A stretch of 64,000 nucleotides of DNA from Eledone cirrhosa. Taxonomy: Eukaryota. Below the pieces are notes generated by a model, which saw only the letters and a program-made list of their open reading frames with translations, did no database searches and had not been told where the DNA came from. The stretch spans positions 389,484,001 to 389,548,000 of the forward strand of contig OZ024741.1 in the NCBI GenBank assembly GCA_964016885.1, in the 5' to 3' direction. Position numbers and translations under genes: made by a program. Of the stretch, positions 1 through 10,205 are shown piece after piece. Each line of letters starts with the position of its first letter. Within the stretch, counting starts at the first letter, position 1.

Positions 1-178
1 TGGTTTCATCAATGACAGTCACCTGATCACACAACCAATAGTTAGATTTAGAAGATCTATATAATGAGGATGATGATGATGATGATGGCTCTTCATTTCT
101 CAATGCTCTTAAATAGCAGTTCTTTATCTCTCCAATAGGTGGACAGGGGAACAGAAATCTATCTGTCTGTCCTCTGTA

Positions 179-180
<2 letters not shown>

Positions 181-228
<48 letters not shown>
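181..228. repeat. (AAT)16 microsatellite, 3' tail/target of Tx1-like copy 1
   Basis: Perfect AAT run abutting the element 3' end (minus strand ...AATAAAGAAAAC-ATTATT...). Confidence 0.95.
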
Positions 229-229
<1 letters not shown>

Positions 230-471
230 TTTTCTTTATTAACCAGAAGGGTTCACATAACGTAGACATTAAGGACAGTACAGGACAATACAGGACGGTA
301 CAAATGGGCATTTCTGCGTGTAAAAAAACAGAGGTTGAAATAAAATAACAAAGAAAAATTCCCCAATAGGGGGGAGACTTCCAAGGGACATTTGTGGAGA
401 AAGCCCATTAAAAGACCACAGTGGCCCTGACCACCAGGGCAAGTGCCCTCTCCCAGTTTTCCACTTTTAAT

Positions 472-2796
472 TTACAGACACATACTCAGAGAAGGCCCAT
501 TCATTCGGGCCATACTTGCTTCTCTCACCCATCTTTCAACAAAATGCTGGGAAGAGAGCACTTCCCTCTCTACCCTGATTTTCCTTTTCAAATGAAATTT
601 GAAAAAGTTAATCAGGGCATCACCGAAGAGGTAAGTGCTCGTCTTCAGCCCTTTCAAACGTGTCCACCATACTATCTCTTTCGCCATGGCCACCAGACAG
701 ATAAAAACTGCCTGCCCTTCCAGGCTAAAGGAAGGGGGCGGGGCAATCCTCACGATGGACTCAGCTGATAGCTGGATAGGTCCTACACGTGACAGCAGGT
801 GTTCGACATAAACCCACAAGTCAGCAATGCTCGGACACTGGACGAATGCGTGCAGGACGGTTTCGTCGCCCTGCGCGCATCTCGGACATGCCCGGCTGAC
901 GGCACCTCCATGCCTGTAGAGTTTATCCCGAACTGGCAAAGCTCCTCGGTAGCACTGCCAGGCCAGGGATTTCTGGAAGTTGTCCATAGGCCCCGGCCCA
1001 AAAGTCCTTCCGAAGAGATTGGCTAGTTGATTTTCGTCGACGCCTAGAGTTTCTCCAAGTACGTCGTCGCTCTTCCCCTCCACTAATCCCCTATAGAACG
1101 CCAAGGTGGAGTTTCCACCGATCACATTGCCCGATTGGTCGAGGGCTGTGAGCGCCTGAAGACATTCCAGTCTCCAAGTGCTCCCTCTCGGTCTTCGCTT
1201 GACCCAGGACTGCAGCTCCATCAAGGAGACGAGCTGGGGAAAAACGTGTCTTGCAAACGGCGACCACACCTGATCACCGTCGAGGAAGAGGTGGAGATGT
1301 CGTAGCCTGAGCGCGTGTCTGCGCATCATCAGCCACGGCATGCCCAGCCCTCCACGTAGCGGGTGTTGACAGCAGATGGACCGCCTGACCATCGGAGGGC
1401 GTCCCTTCCACAAGAAGCGAAAGAGCAAACGCTCCAGCGCAGTCAGGCGGGGCTTAGGACAAGGTACGACGGTCAGGCGGTAGTAGATGACGGATGCGAT
1501 GTACGCATTCGCCACCTCCGCTCGACCTTTCAGGGATAGCTTCCTCTCGGCCCATTTCTGGGTGAGAGAAGCCACCCTGCTCGTCACCTCGTCCCAGTTT
1601 TTGTCCGTCTGGAGGTCCGGACCGAACCAGACCCCTAGCAATTTAACCGGTCTGTCCGTCCAGCGCCCGACGACGCTGTTGGACGGCATGGACCTGCCTC
1701 TCCAGGTGCCGAGCTGCAGGCCCACTGACTTTTCCTGGTTGATCATTGCTCCTGTCACCGCTTCGTATTCTCTTAGTGTAGTGCCGATCGCCTCGATGTG
1801 TTTGGCGCTCGACACCACTACGGTGACATCGTCGGCATATGCTGACACGGATCTTCTGCATCCTAGTTCGCGCGGGACCCCCCTCAACGTCTCCAGTTTG
1901 TGCAGTAATGGCTCGAGAGTCAATACGTACAATAGGGACGAGAGGGGACATCCTTGGCGGACCGAGCGCATGATGTTGAACGGTTCCGAAAGGTGACCGT
2001 TCACTCTCACTACAGAGCAGATGTCGCTGTGCATGGCAGTGATCCAGCCTCTGAAGACGGGCCCAAAGCCAGCCGCCCTCAGGACTGCCGCTAGGTAACG
2101 ATGGTCGACCCTATCGAAGGCTTTCGACTGATCTAAATTGATCAAAGACCCACCCGTGCCAGGTTCCCTAGCTACCCTCTCTACGATGTATCGCATGAGG
2201 TGGAGGTTGTCGTGGATGGATCTGTCGGGAATGGCGCATGTCTGTGCCTCTCCCACCAGACCACCAACGACAAGCGCCAACCTCTTTGCTAGCACCTTGG
2301 CCAAAATCTTGAACTCTGTGTTTAGCAGAGTTATGGGCCTAAAATTATCTATGTTATCCCCCTTGTTCGGATCCTTTCTCAGCAGCGCCACCGCTCCTCG
2401 GCTCACAGAGCTGGGAATTCTCCCGTTCTGTTGCCAGTTGCAGTAGATGTCCGCCAAGAGGCCTCCGAACAAGTTTGGCATTTGTACGTAAAGTTCATAG
2501 GGCAGACCATCCAAACCAGGCGATTTACCCCTTGTGCAACTAGTCATTGCATCCCGTACTTCAGCGGTCGTTATCGGCTTTTCGCAACACTCCGCCTCAG
2601 TGGCCGAAAGCCGCGGCAGTCCGTCGAGGTAGACACTAAAGTCCATCCCTCGATCCGGCCCGCCACTGCCCCCGAACAGTTGAGCGAAGTGTCGCTGAAA
2701 AGCTTCACACATTTGCCCGGGATCGAGTAGCATGCGCCCGTCGTGGTCCACCAAAGACCGGATCGTGGCTTTGTTGCCACGACGCGCCTCCGCCAC
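472..2796 (-). CDS. Tx1 ORF2, RT and C-terminal zinc knuckle (separated from the endonuclease part by one in-frame TGA at 2797-2799)
   Basis: KSPGLDGLPYE, NFRPITLLN, LDQSKAFDRVDH, QGCPLS, AYADD, CPRC-x8-H-x4-C. Same frame as 2797..3891. Confidence 0.9.
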   Translation of the reverse strand: MAEARRGNKATIRSLVDHDGRMLLDPGQMCEAFQRHFAQLFGGSGGPDRGMDFSVYLDGLPRLSATEAECCEKPITTAEVRDAMTSCTRGKSPGLDGLPYELYVQMPNLFGGLLADIYCNWQQNGRIPSSVSRGAVALLRKDPNKGDNIDNFRPITLLNTEFKILAKVLAKRLALVVGGLVGEAQTCAIPDRSIHDNLHLMRYIVERVAREPGTGGSLINLDQSKAFDRVDHRYLAAVLRAAGFGPVFRGWITAMHSDICSVVRVNGHLSEPFNIMRSVRQGCPLSSLLYVLTLEPLLHKLETLRGVPRELGCRRSVSAYADDVTVVVSSAKHIEAIGTTLREYEAVTGAMINQEKSVGLQLGTWRGRSMPSNSVVGRWTDRPVKLLGVWFGPDLQTDKNWDEVTSRVASLTQKWAERKLSLKGRAEVANAYIASVIYYRLTVVPCPKPRLTALERLLFRFLWKGRPPMVRRSICCQHPLRGGLGMPWLMMRRHALRLRHLHLFLDGDQVWSPFARHVFPQLVSLMELQSWVKRRPRGSTWRLECLQALTALDQSGNVIGGNSTLAFYRGLVEGKSDDVLGETLGVDENQLANLFGRTFGPGPMDNFQKSLAWQCYRGALPVRDKLYRHGGAVSRACPRCAQGDETVLHAFVQCPSIADLWVYVEHLLSRVGPIQLSAESIVRIAPPPSFSLEGQAVFICLVAMAKEIVWWTRLKGLKTSTYLFGDALINFFKFHLKRKIRVEREVLSSQHFVERWVREASMARMNGPSLSMCL

Positions 2797-3891
2797 TCAG
2801 GCCAATTGAACGGCTTTCGTCCCCTCGTGTCTGAGAGCACGCACCCTAGCTCTGACAACGCAGCCTTCGTGCTTTGCATTGAAGAATTGGTCAAGGGCCA
2901 ATTTCGCCGCAAGTACGTCGGTCGCGATGCCTTTGCTAAGCGCCTCATCTAATTTTCTAACTAATTCTCCCTCTGCTCTATTTTTCTCTATTGCTAAAGT
3001 CTTACTAAACCTAATGGACTCTATTCTAATTGCTCTTTTCAGAGCAAACCACCACTTGTTGTTGACGATGGCCCCCGTCAACGCCCGCTTAACTAGTTCG
3101 CTAATCCGGTCTCTGTAGGCCTTGCGCGCTGGTAAGGACGCGTTTAGCTTCCAGTAGCCGGGTCCTCGTCTATGAAGCCTATCTAAGTCAAGCACACAGA
3201 TCACGAATTTGTGGTCCGTGTAGCTGACTATCTTGAATTGTGGACAGCCTATACTAGACCTATCTATTTCCCTACAAAATACTCTATCTAGATATGATCT
3301 GGATGACCCTATGCGATTTGTCCAAGTCCACATTGGTACATTCGGGAAATCCATTCGGTACCTGTCAGACAGTTCAAAACGTCTGAGCAGGTTGGTGAGA
3401 CTCTTGCACCCTCCTTCCCTATCCACTAATCCCACACAATCCCAGCGTGCATCTAAGATCCCGTTCCAGTCGCCCACTAACACTAAAGAGCGGGACGTTC
3501 CAAGAAAGGTCTCCAGACGCCGGAAGAAATCAGGCCGCCCTGCTCCTGTCGGGGCATAGACGGCCACTAACCTGAAAGCTTGCCCGTCTCCGCTGGTCAC
3601 GTCCAGCACCACCAACTTACCTTCTGTGTCCAGGAAGATGGCCCGTATGGCAAGATCCAAACCTCTCCGAAAAAGCACAGCAACTCCTCCCCCCGATCCC
3701 GGGCGGCTGGGAGATGCGTACACACCGTAGCCGCCGAAGATCGGTGCGAAAGCCTGTGCTTCGGAGATTCTGGTCTCGCTGATGGCCACTACATCTATGT
3801 TTAGTGACCTGAGGTCGTTGAGCAGGTGGCCCTGCTTCCATGACGACCCCAAGCCACGCGCATTTATGCTGCCTATTCTGAGTGAGGTCAT
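2797..3891 (-). CDS. Tx1 ORF2 N-terminal part, apurinic-like (APE) endonuclease
   Basis: SINARGL, ISETR, VAVYAP, VGDWN, WTW, SYLDRVF, TDH, GPGYWKLN motifs. Confidence 0.9.
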   Translation of the reverse strand: MTSLRIGSINARGLGSSWKQGHLLNDLRSLNIDVVAISETRISEAQAFAPIFGGYGVYASPSRPGSGGGVAVLFRRGLDLAIRAIFLDTEGKLVVLDVTSGDGQAFRLVAVYAPTGAGRPDFFRRLETFLGTSRSLVLVGDWNGILDARWDCVGLVDREGGCKSLTNLLRRFELSDRYRMDFPNVPMWTWTNRIGSSRSYLDRVFCREIDRSSIGCPQFKIVSYTDHKFVICVLDLDRLHRRGPGYWKLNASLPARKAYRDRISELVKRALTGAIVNNKWWFALKRAIRIESIRFSKTLAIEKNRAEGELVRKLDEALSKGIATDVLAAKLALDQFFNAKHEGCVVRARVRALRHEGTKAVQLA

Positions 3892-3925
3892 GTTGAAAGG
3901 GAGTGGAAAAGATGGGAAAGACCAC

Positions 3926-5910
3926 TTACCTTACTTCTCGTAGGGGAAGGACGGTTTTTCCATCCTTTTCACTGCTTGTGGCCTCCTCAGGAAGGATGTC
4001 CTTATAAATCCTCCTGGAGAGTGCTTGTCGGAAGTCTCCGATGTCTTTGGGGAATTTTTGTTTTAGTGTCATGTACGTTTTCTGTGTGATGCGAGTGATT
4101 TGTATGTGTGGAGGTGGTGAGAATTTTGGGGTTGTTGTGTAGTCTTTTTCTGTGATGCTGGTGTTGTGTTGGATGTAGTGTAATAATTGCTTGTTGTTCA
4201 AATTTAATGCTGTGTAGTGTGTATCGTTTTGGTTGTTTTGTTTTGTTTGCGTTTGTTGTGGGTTTGTTTCTGTTTCGCATTTTGGTGACTTTTGTGGTGT
4301 AGGTGATGGTGGTGTTGGAGTTAATGATGGTGATGGTGTTGGTGTTTGGGTTGATGGGGTTGGTGATGCTGGTGTGGATGGTGGCATATCTGTCCTAACT
4401 TTTTTGTTTCTTAGTTTATTTGTTTCCCTCTGTATTTTGTTTTTGGAGGGGGAAGGAAGAGAATTTTTTCTTTTTTGGTTTCTTTTTTTTTTTCCGGATA
4501 TCGTTTCCCACTCCTCGTCGTCACAATCTGTCTCCAGTTGTGATAGGCCGGGGAGTGGAAATCCTCCACAGCCGTTAGTTTTGGTTGTGGTGTGGTGGAT
4601 GGGGTAGGCGCTGGTGCTAGTTCTGAAGCGTTGGGTGGTGGTGGTGTTGGTTTTGCTGGTGGTGGTAGTGGTGTTGGTTTTGCTACTGTTGCTGGGGTTG
4701 TTGCTGTTATAGTTGCTTCTGTTGTTGCTGCTACAGTTGTTGCTGCCATTTCTGCTACTGGTGGTGTTGATGGTTGTGTCACTGGGGTGGGTAGGAGAGG
4801 TGGCCTCAACCTTTTAGCCTGAGGGCAGAAAGCCCTTAGGTGGGTTCCTTCACCACAAACGACACACCTAGGTCTTCTGCCCTCGACAATTACCGTGAGG
4901 TGGCTGCCGTCAGTGAGGTCTATTACCTCTGGGATCTCCTCAATGCTTTTTTGGTCCGCTTGGATCAGGAGCTCCATCCCAGATCCGGACCAGTTTTCCT
5001 GCTTTTCTTTTGCTATTGTTATTATTTTCGTGTTGGCCTCGATGCCGGCGATGACAGCCGCTATTAGCCAGGGAATTTCGATGGCCGGTGGAACGTGGGT
5101 CACCCTGATCTTTACGAGTCTCTGGCCACAATAGCTTGGGACGAGTGTGAAGTCGTCACTTTTTAATGGGGCCATGGAGTGTTCTCTAGCCTCCTCTGGT
5201 GTTTCAAAGAACACATCCACGGTTCCATACTTTTGCCCACGTCTGATGTGGGTTTTTCTTGCCCACACATGTCCCAAAGCTTTTTGGATTTGGGACTCGG
5301 ATGCCCGTTCCACTCGGCGCGATTTTACATTTATTGTTCTATACGACACGGTGCATAGGCGCCGATGCTCCATTTTATTAGGTGGGGGGGGGGGGCTGAC
5401 CCTGTACCCATCTTTCTTTACCATTTGTTTGGCATTTTCTAAATCTTCTTGAGTTACGGTAAATGCTTCGAATTGTTTTGCTACTCTGGCGAAACTGAGG
5501 GGGGGGGGCTTTATAATGTCATTGTTGTTGTTGTTGCTATCGTTAATATTAATTTTAGTTTCAGTTGTGGTGGTGACGTCAGTCATCTTTGGTGGGGAAG
5601 AGTCCATTTTGCTTGATTTCATTTCGACATCACGAGTTAATTTATTTTTTTCTTCTTTTGTTTCTGTTGTCGCGGTGGTGGTGGTGGTGGTGGTTGTCGC
5701 GGTGGTGGTGATGGTGGAGGCTTTAACACCTGCAGTCATTGGTAATGGCGGGAAATGAATGTCTGCCTGAGACAAATTTAAAATATTGCTACTGCTTATA
5801 TTTTTTTTTGTGTTGGCAAACGTAGTAACATTTACAATGGTGGTGTCGGTGTAAGGTGTTATTTTGTGAGGAAGGCTTTCAGCTGCTTCGTGCAGAGGTG
5901 AAGTAGCCAT
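3926..5910 (-). pseudogene. Tx1 ORF1 (gag-like), one frameshift near 4600
   Basis: 4411..5910 has SFARVAK, an RRM-like region and CVVCGEGTHLRAFC (CCHC). The alternative frame from ~4600 reads DDEEWETISGKKKR and runs open into 3926..4387, ending just before ORF2. Confidence 0.8.
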
Positions 5911-6119
5911 TTTTTTTCAAAGAAATTTTTTGATAATAATAAAAGTTAAAATTTTGGGCACAAGGCCCCAATCTTTTTGGGTGTCCTTTTCGGAAAACAA
6001 TGTATGTGTGCTTATAAACAGTTTACAATAAAATTTTCCATAAATGGCAATTTTTAAACAAACGGAAATAACAAACCTTTGCGGAGCTCACGATAATACG
6101 ATTTCCTACGTAGGTCGCC

Positions 6120-6182
<63 letters not shown>
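6120..6182. repeat. (AAT)21 microsatellite between Tx1 copies
   Basis: Perfect AAT run joining the 5' end of copy 1 and the 3' end of copy 2. Confidence 0.95.
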
Positions 6183-6184
<2 letters not shown>

Positions 6185-7860
6185 TTTCTTTATTAACCAC
6201 AAGGGTTTACATAAAGTAGACATTAAGGACAGTGCAGGACAATGCAGGACGGTACAAATGGGAATTTCTGCGTGTAAAAAACAAAAACAGAGGATGTAAC
6301 AAAAAATAACAATGAAAAATTCCCCAATAGGGGGCAGACTTCGGAGGGACATTTGTGGAGAAAGCCCAGTAAAAAGCACAATGACCCTGACCACCAAGGC
6401 AAGTGCCCTCTCCCAGTTTTCCACCTTTAATTTACAGATATATACTCAGAGTAGGCCCATTCACTCGGGCCATTCTTGCTTCTCTCACCCATCTTTCAAC
6501 AAAATGCTGGGAAGAGAGCACTTCCCTCTCTACTCTGATTTTCCTTTTCAAATGAAATTTGAAAAAGTCAATCAGAGCATCACCGAAGAGGTAAGTGCTC
6601 GTCTTCAGCCCTTTCAAACGTGTCCACCATACTACCTCTTTCACCATGGCCACCAGGCAGATAAAAACTGCCTGCCCTTCCCGGCTAAAGGAGGAGGGCG
6701 GGGCAATCCTCACGATGGACTCAGATGATAGCCGGATCCGTCCTAAACGCGACAGCAGGTGTTCGACATAAACCCACAAGTCAGCAATTTTCGGACACTG
6801 GACGAATGCGTGCAGGACGGTTTCGTCGCCCTGCGCGCATCTCGGACATGCCCGGCTGACGGCACCTCCATGCCTGTAGAGTTTATCCCGAACTGGCAAG
6901 GCTCCTCGGTAGCACTGCCAGGCCAGAGATTTCTGGAAGTTGTCCATAGGCCCCGGCCCGAAAGTTCTTCCGAAGAGATTGGCTAGTTGATTTTCGTCGA
7001 CGCCTAGAGTTTCCCCAAGTACGTCGTCGCTCTTCCCCTCCACTAATCCTCTATAGAACGCCGAGGTGGAGTTTCCACCGATCACATTGCCCGATTGGTC
7101 GAGGGCTGTGAGCGCCTGAAGACATTCCAGTCTCCAGGCGCTCCCTCTCGGTCTTCGCTTGACCCAGGACTGCAGCTCCGTCAAGGAAACGAGCTGGGGA
7201 AAAACGCGTCTAGCAAACGGCGATCACACCTGATCACCGTCGAGGAAGAGGTGGAGATGTCGTAGCCTGAGCGCGTGCCTGCGCATCATCAGCCACGGCA
7301 TGCCCAGCCCTCCACGTAGCGGGTGTTGACAACAGATGGACCGCCTGACCATCGGAGCACGTCCCTTCCACAAAAAGCGAAAGAGCAAACGCTCCAGCGC
7401 AGTCAGGCGAGGCTTAGGACAAGGTACGACGGTCAGGCGGTAGCAGATGACAGACGCGATGTACGCGTTAGCCACCTCCGCTCGACCTTTCAGGGATAGC
7501 TTCCTCTCCGCCCATTTCTGGGTGAGAGAAGCCACCCTGCTCGTCACCTCGTCCCAGTTTTTGTCCGTCTGGAGGTCCGGACCGAACCAGACCCCTAGCA
7601 ATTTAACCGGTCCGTCCGTCCAGCGTCCGATGACGCTGTTGGACGGCATGGACCTGCCTCTCCAGGTGCCGAGCTGCAGACCCACTGACTTTTCCTGGTT
7701 GATCATTGCTCCTGTCACCGCTTCGTATTCTCTTAGTGTAATGCCGATCGCCTCGATGTGTTTGGCGTTCGACACCACTACGGTGACATCGTCCGCATAT
7801 GCTGACACGGATCTTCCGCATCCTAGTTCGCGCGGGACGCCCCTCAACGTCTCCAGTTTG
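6183..7860 (-). mobile_element. 5'-truncated Tx1-like copy 2 (same family as copy 1)
   Basis: Colinear and highly similar to 229-1900. Has AYADD, TGG>TGA nonsense at ~7224 and C-terminal ORF 6432..7184. Confidence 0.9.
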
Positions 7861-10119
7861 AGTATCACAGTTGAAACTCTTAAGGGGCAGGCCAAAAAAC
7901 TAACCAACTGGAAATCACCAGGCCCAGATGGTGTGCAGGGGTATTGGATTAAAAATTTCACATCCCTCCACCCGAAGCTGACGGCCATGTTCAATGACTG
8001 CTTGGTGTCGGGTGAGGTGCCAGAGTGGTTGACAAAAGGTACCACAGTTCTGATAATGAAAGACCGAATCAAGGGTAATGATGTTACCAACTATAGACCT
8101 ATCACATGTCTGTCCGTAGTGTGGAAACTGTTGACGAGCATTGTGTCTGAGGAAATCTACCATCACCTCCACACAAACAACTTGTTACCGGATGAACAGA
8201 AAGGATGCCGAAAGAAGTCACGTGGTACAAAGGACCAGTTACTTATTGATAAGATGGTAATGGGGAATTGCAGGAGGAGACACACTGATCTTGCCATGGG
8301 ATGGATAGACTACGGAAAGGCATTTGACATGGTGCCTCATTCTTGGATCACCAAAAGCCTGGAGATCTTCAAGGTGGCAGATAACATCAGACAGTTGCTG
8401 GGCAGGAGTATGGGGTCCTAGGAGACAGAGTTGACATCAACTGGAGAATCCTTGGGAAGCGTGAAGATCAAGAGAGGTATCTTCCAGGGAGATAGCCTGT
8501 CCCCTCTGTTGTTTGTCCTTGCCCTGATGCCCTTGACCATTATGCTGCGAAAAGTGAGAGCAGGATACAAGTTGGGAAAGGGAGAGATTACCATCAATCA
8601 TCTCCTCTACATGGACGATCTTAAGCTCTTCGGGAAGAGTGAGAAGGAGTTGGATGTGCTTGTTGACACTGTCCGTATTTTCAGCAGTGATATATGTATG
8701 CAGTTTGGTATTAGTAAATGTGGAGTCATTGTGATGAGGAGGGGTAGGTTGAGCAGAAGTAACGGAATCCAGATACCAACAGGTGAGATGATAAAGGAAA
8801 TTGACTCTGAGGAAGGATACAAGTATTTGGGCGTTCTGGAGGCTGATGGCATAAAGAACAAAAAAATGAAGGAATTGTTAAGAACTGAATACATTCGGAG
8901 AGTAAGGAGCGTATTGAAATCACATCTGAACAGCAGAAATGCTATAAGCGCAGTAAATTCCCGAGCTGTGTCTATTATTAGGTACAGTGCGGGAATTCTG
9001 AGATGGAATGTTGCTGAACAAAAAGAAATGGATAGGAAGACTAGGAAGCTATTGACTATCTACAACATGTTCCACAAGAGGAGTGATGTCGATAGACTCT
9101 ACCTAAGGAGATCTGAGGGTGGAAGAGGTCTTATCAGCATAGAGGACTGTGTTCAGATGGAGAAAAACAACCTATACAAATACGTGACTGATAGTAAGGA
9201 GCCAATGCTCAGAACTGTACTGAAGGAGGGGACAGTAGGCCAGGGGATGTCCAAGGAGGAAATAACATCAAGGAGAAAGAGCAGCCTTCAGGGAAAATCC
9301 CTTCATAGTACCTTCTTTGAGAAAACTGAATTTAGAGATCCACAGACATGGAACTGGTTGAGAAGAGGAGACCTCAAAAAGGCTACAGAAGGAATGCTAA
9401 TGGCTGCGCAGGAGCAGGCCCTCAAAACGAAGTGGTTGAAGCACCATATTTACAAGGAGGAGGCTAGCCCACTGTGCAGGATCTGTGGAGAGAGAGAGGA
9501 GACTGTGGCTCACATTGTATCCGAGTGTAAACACCTAGCCCAGACCCACTATAAGGGCTGGAGACATGATGTGATGGGCAGGGTGATCCACTGGCACCTG
9601 TGCAAAGTAAACAATTTACCACATTCTGAGAAATGGTATGAGCATAGGCCAGAGGCGGTGATGGAGAACGATCAGGTGAAGGTGCTGTGGGATTTTAGGA
9701 TACACGGACAAGAAACTGGAACACAATAGACCTGACCTGGTGGTTGTGGACAAAGAAAAAAGATCGTGTCTGATTGTGGATGTGGCCTGCCCATTCGACA
9801 CGAGAGTGCAAGAGAAGGAGAGGGAGAAAATTAACCGATACCAGGACCTAAAGTGGGAGGTGAAAAGTATTTGGAACTGCCATGAAGTCAAAGTGATCCC
9901 GATTGTCATAGGCGCACTGGGGACTATCTCCAAAAGTTTCCAGGGATGGTTAAAGAAAATCGGCCCCTTCACGCTTTTTGGAACGCTTCAAAAGGCATGC
10001 TTGCTGGGAACAGCAAGAACCCTCCGATACGTCCTGAATATCTGAGGCTGCAGGTAGTGACTTGATATTCATTCCAACGGACTTTCCAGTTAACCAACAT
10101 CAATGACTGAGATTCAAGG
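7861..10119 (+). mobile_element. 5'-truncated Dong/R4-clade non-LTR retrotransposon A (RT + restriction-like endonuclease), stop at 8419 and frameshift near 9705
   Basis: KSPGPDG, NYRPITCL, GIFQGDSLSPLLF, YMDDLKL, CRIC-x7-H-x4-C, RHD, RPD-x-DVACP...EKINRY, IPIVIGALG. Ends in (AAT)n. Confidence 0.88.
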
Positions 10120-10128
10120 AATAACAAC

Positions 10129-10203
<75 letters not shown>
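10120..10203. repeat. (AAT)n microsatellite between Dong/R4 elements
   Basis: About 28 AAT/AAC units. Confidence 0.95.

Positions 10204-10205
<2 letters not shown>

Larger units (their letters stand above)
229..6119 (-). mobile_element. Full-length Tx1-clade (L1 group) non-LTR retrotransposon, copy 1
   Basis: 5' UTR ~5911-6119, ORF1 with CCHC knuckle, 34-nt spacer, ORF2 APE-RT-CCHC, 3' UTR with AATAAA then (ATT)n. Flanked by (AAT)n on both sides. Confidence 0.9.

Noticed and set aside
2797-2799. Programmed read-through or selenocysteine at in-frame TGAs (also 57323)
   Set aside because: Best explained as CGA>TGA decay. For 57323 the sister RTE copy has CGA at the equivalent codon (~37925).
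3892-3932. Intron fusing Tx1 ORF1 and ORF2 (AG|GTAAGT then pyrimidine tract)
   Set aside because: The tract ends in CAAC-ATG with no AG acceptor, and the spacer is too short.
7224-8421. Overlapping ORFs 7447..8421 (+) and 7224..8090 (-) as chimeric genes
   Set aside because: Each is sense RT of one element running into the antisense strand of the other across the 7860/7861 junction.
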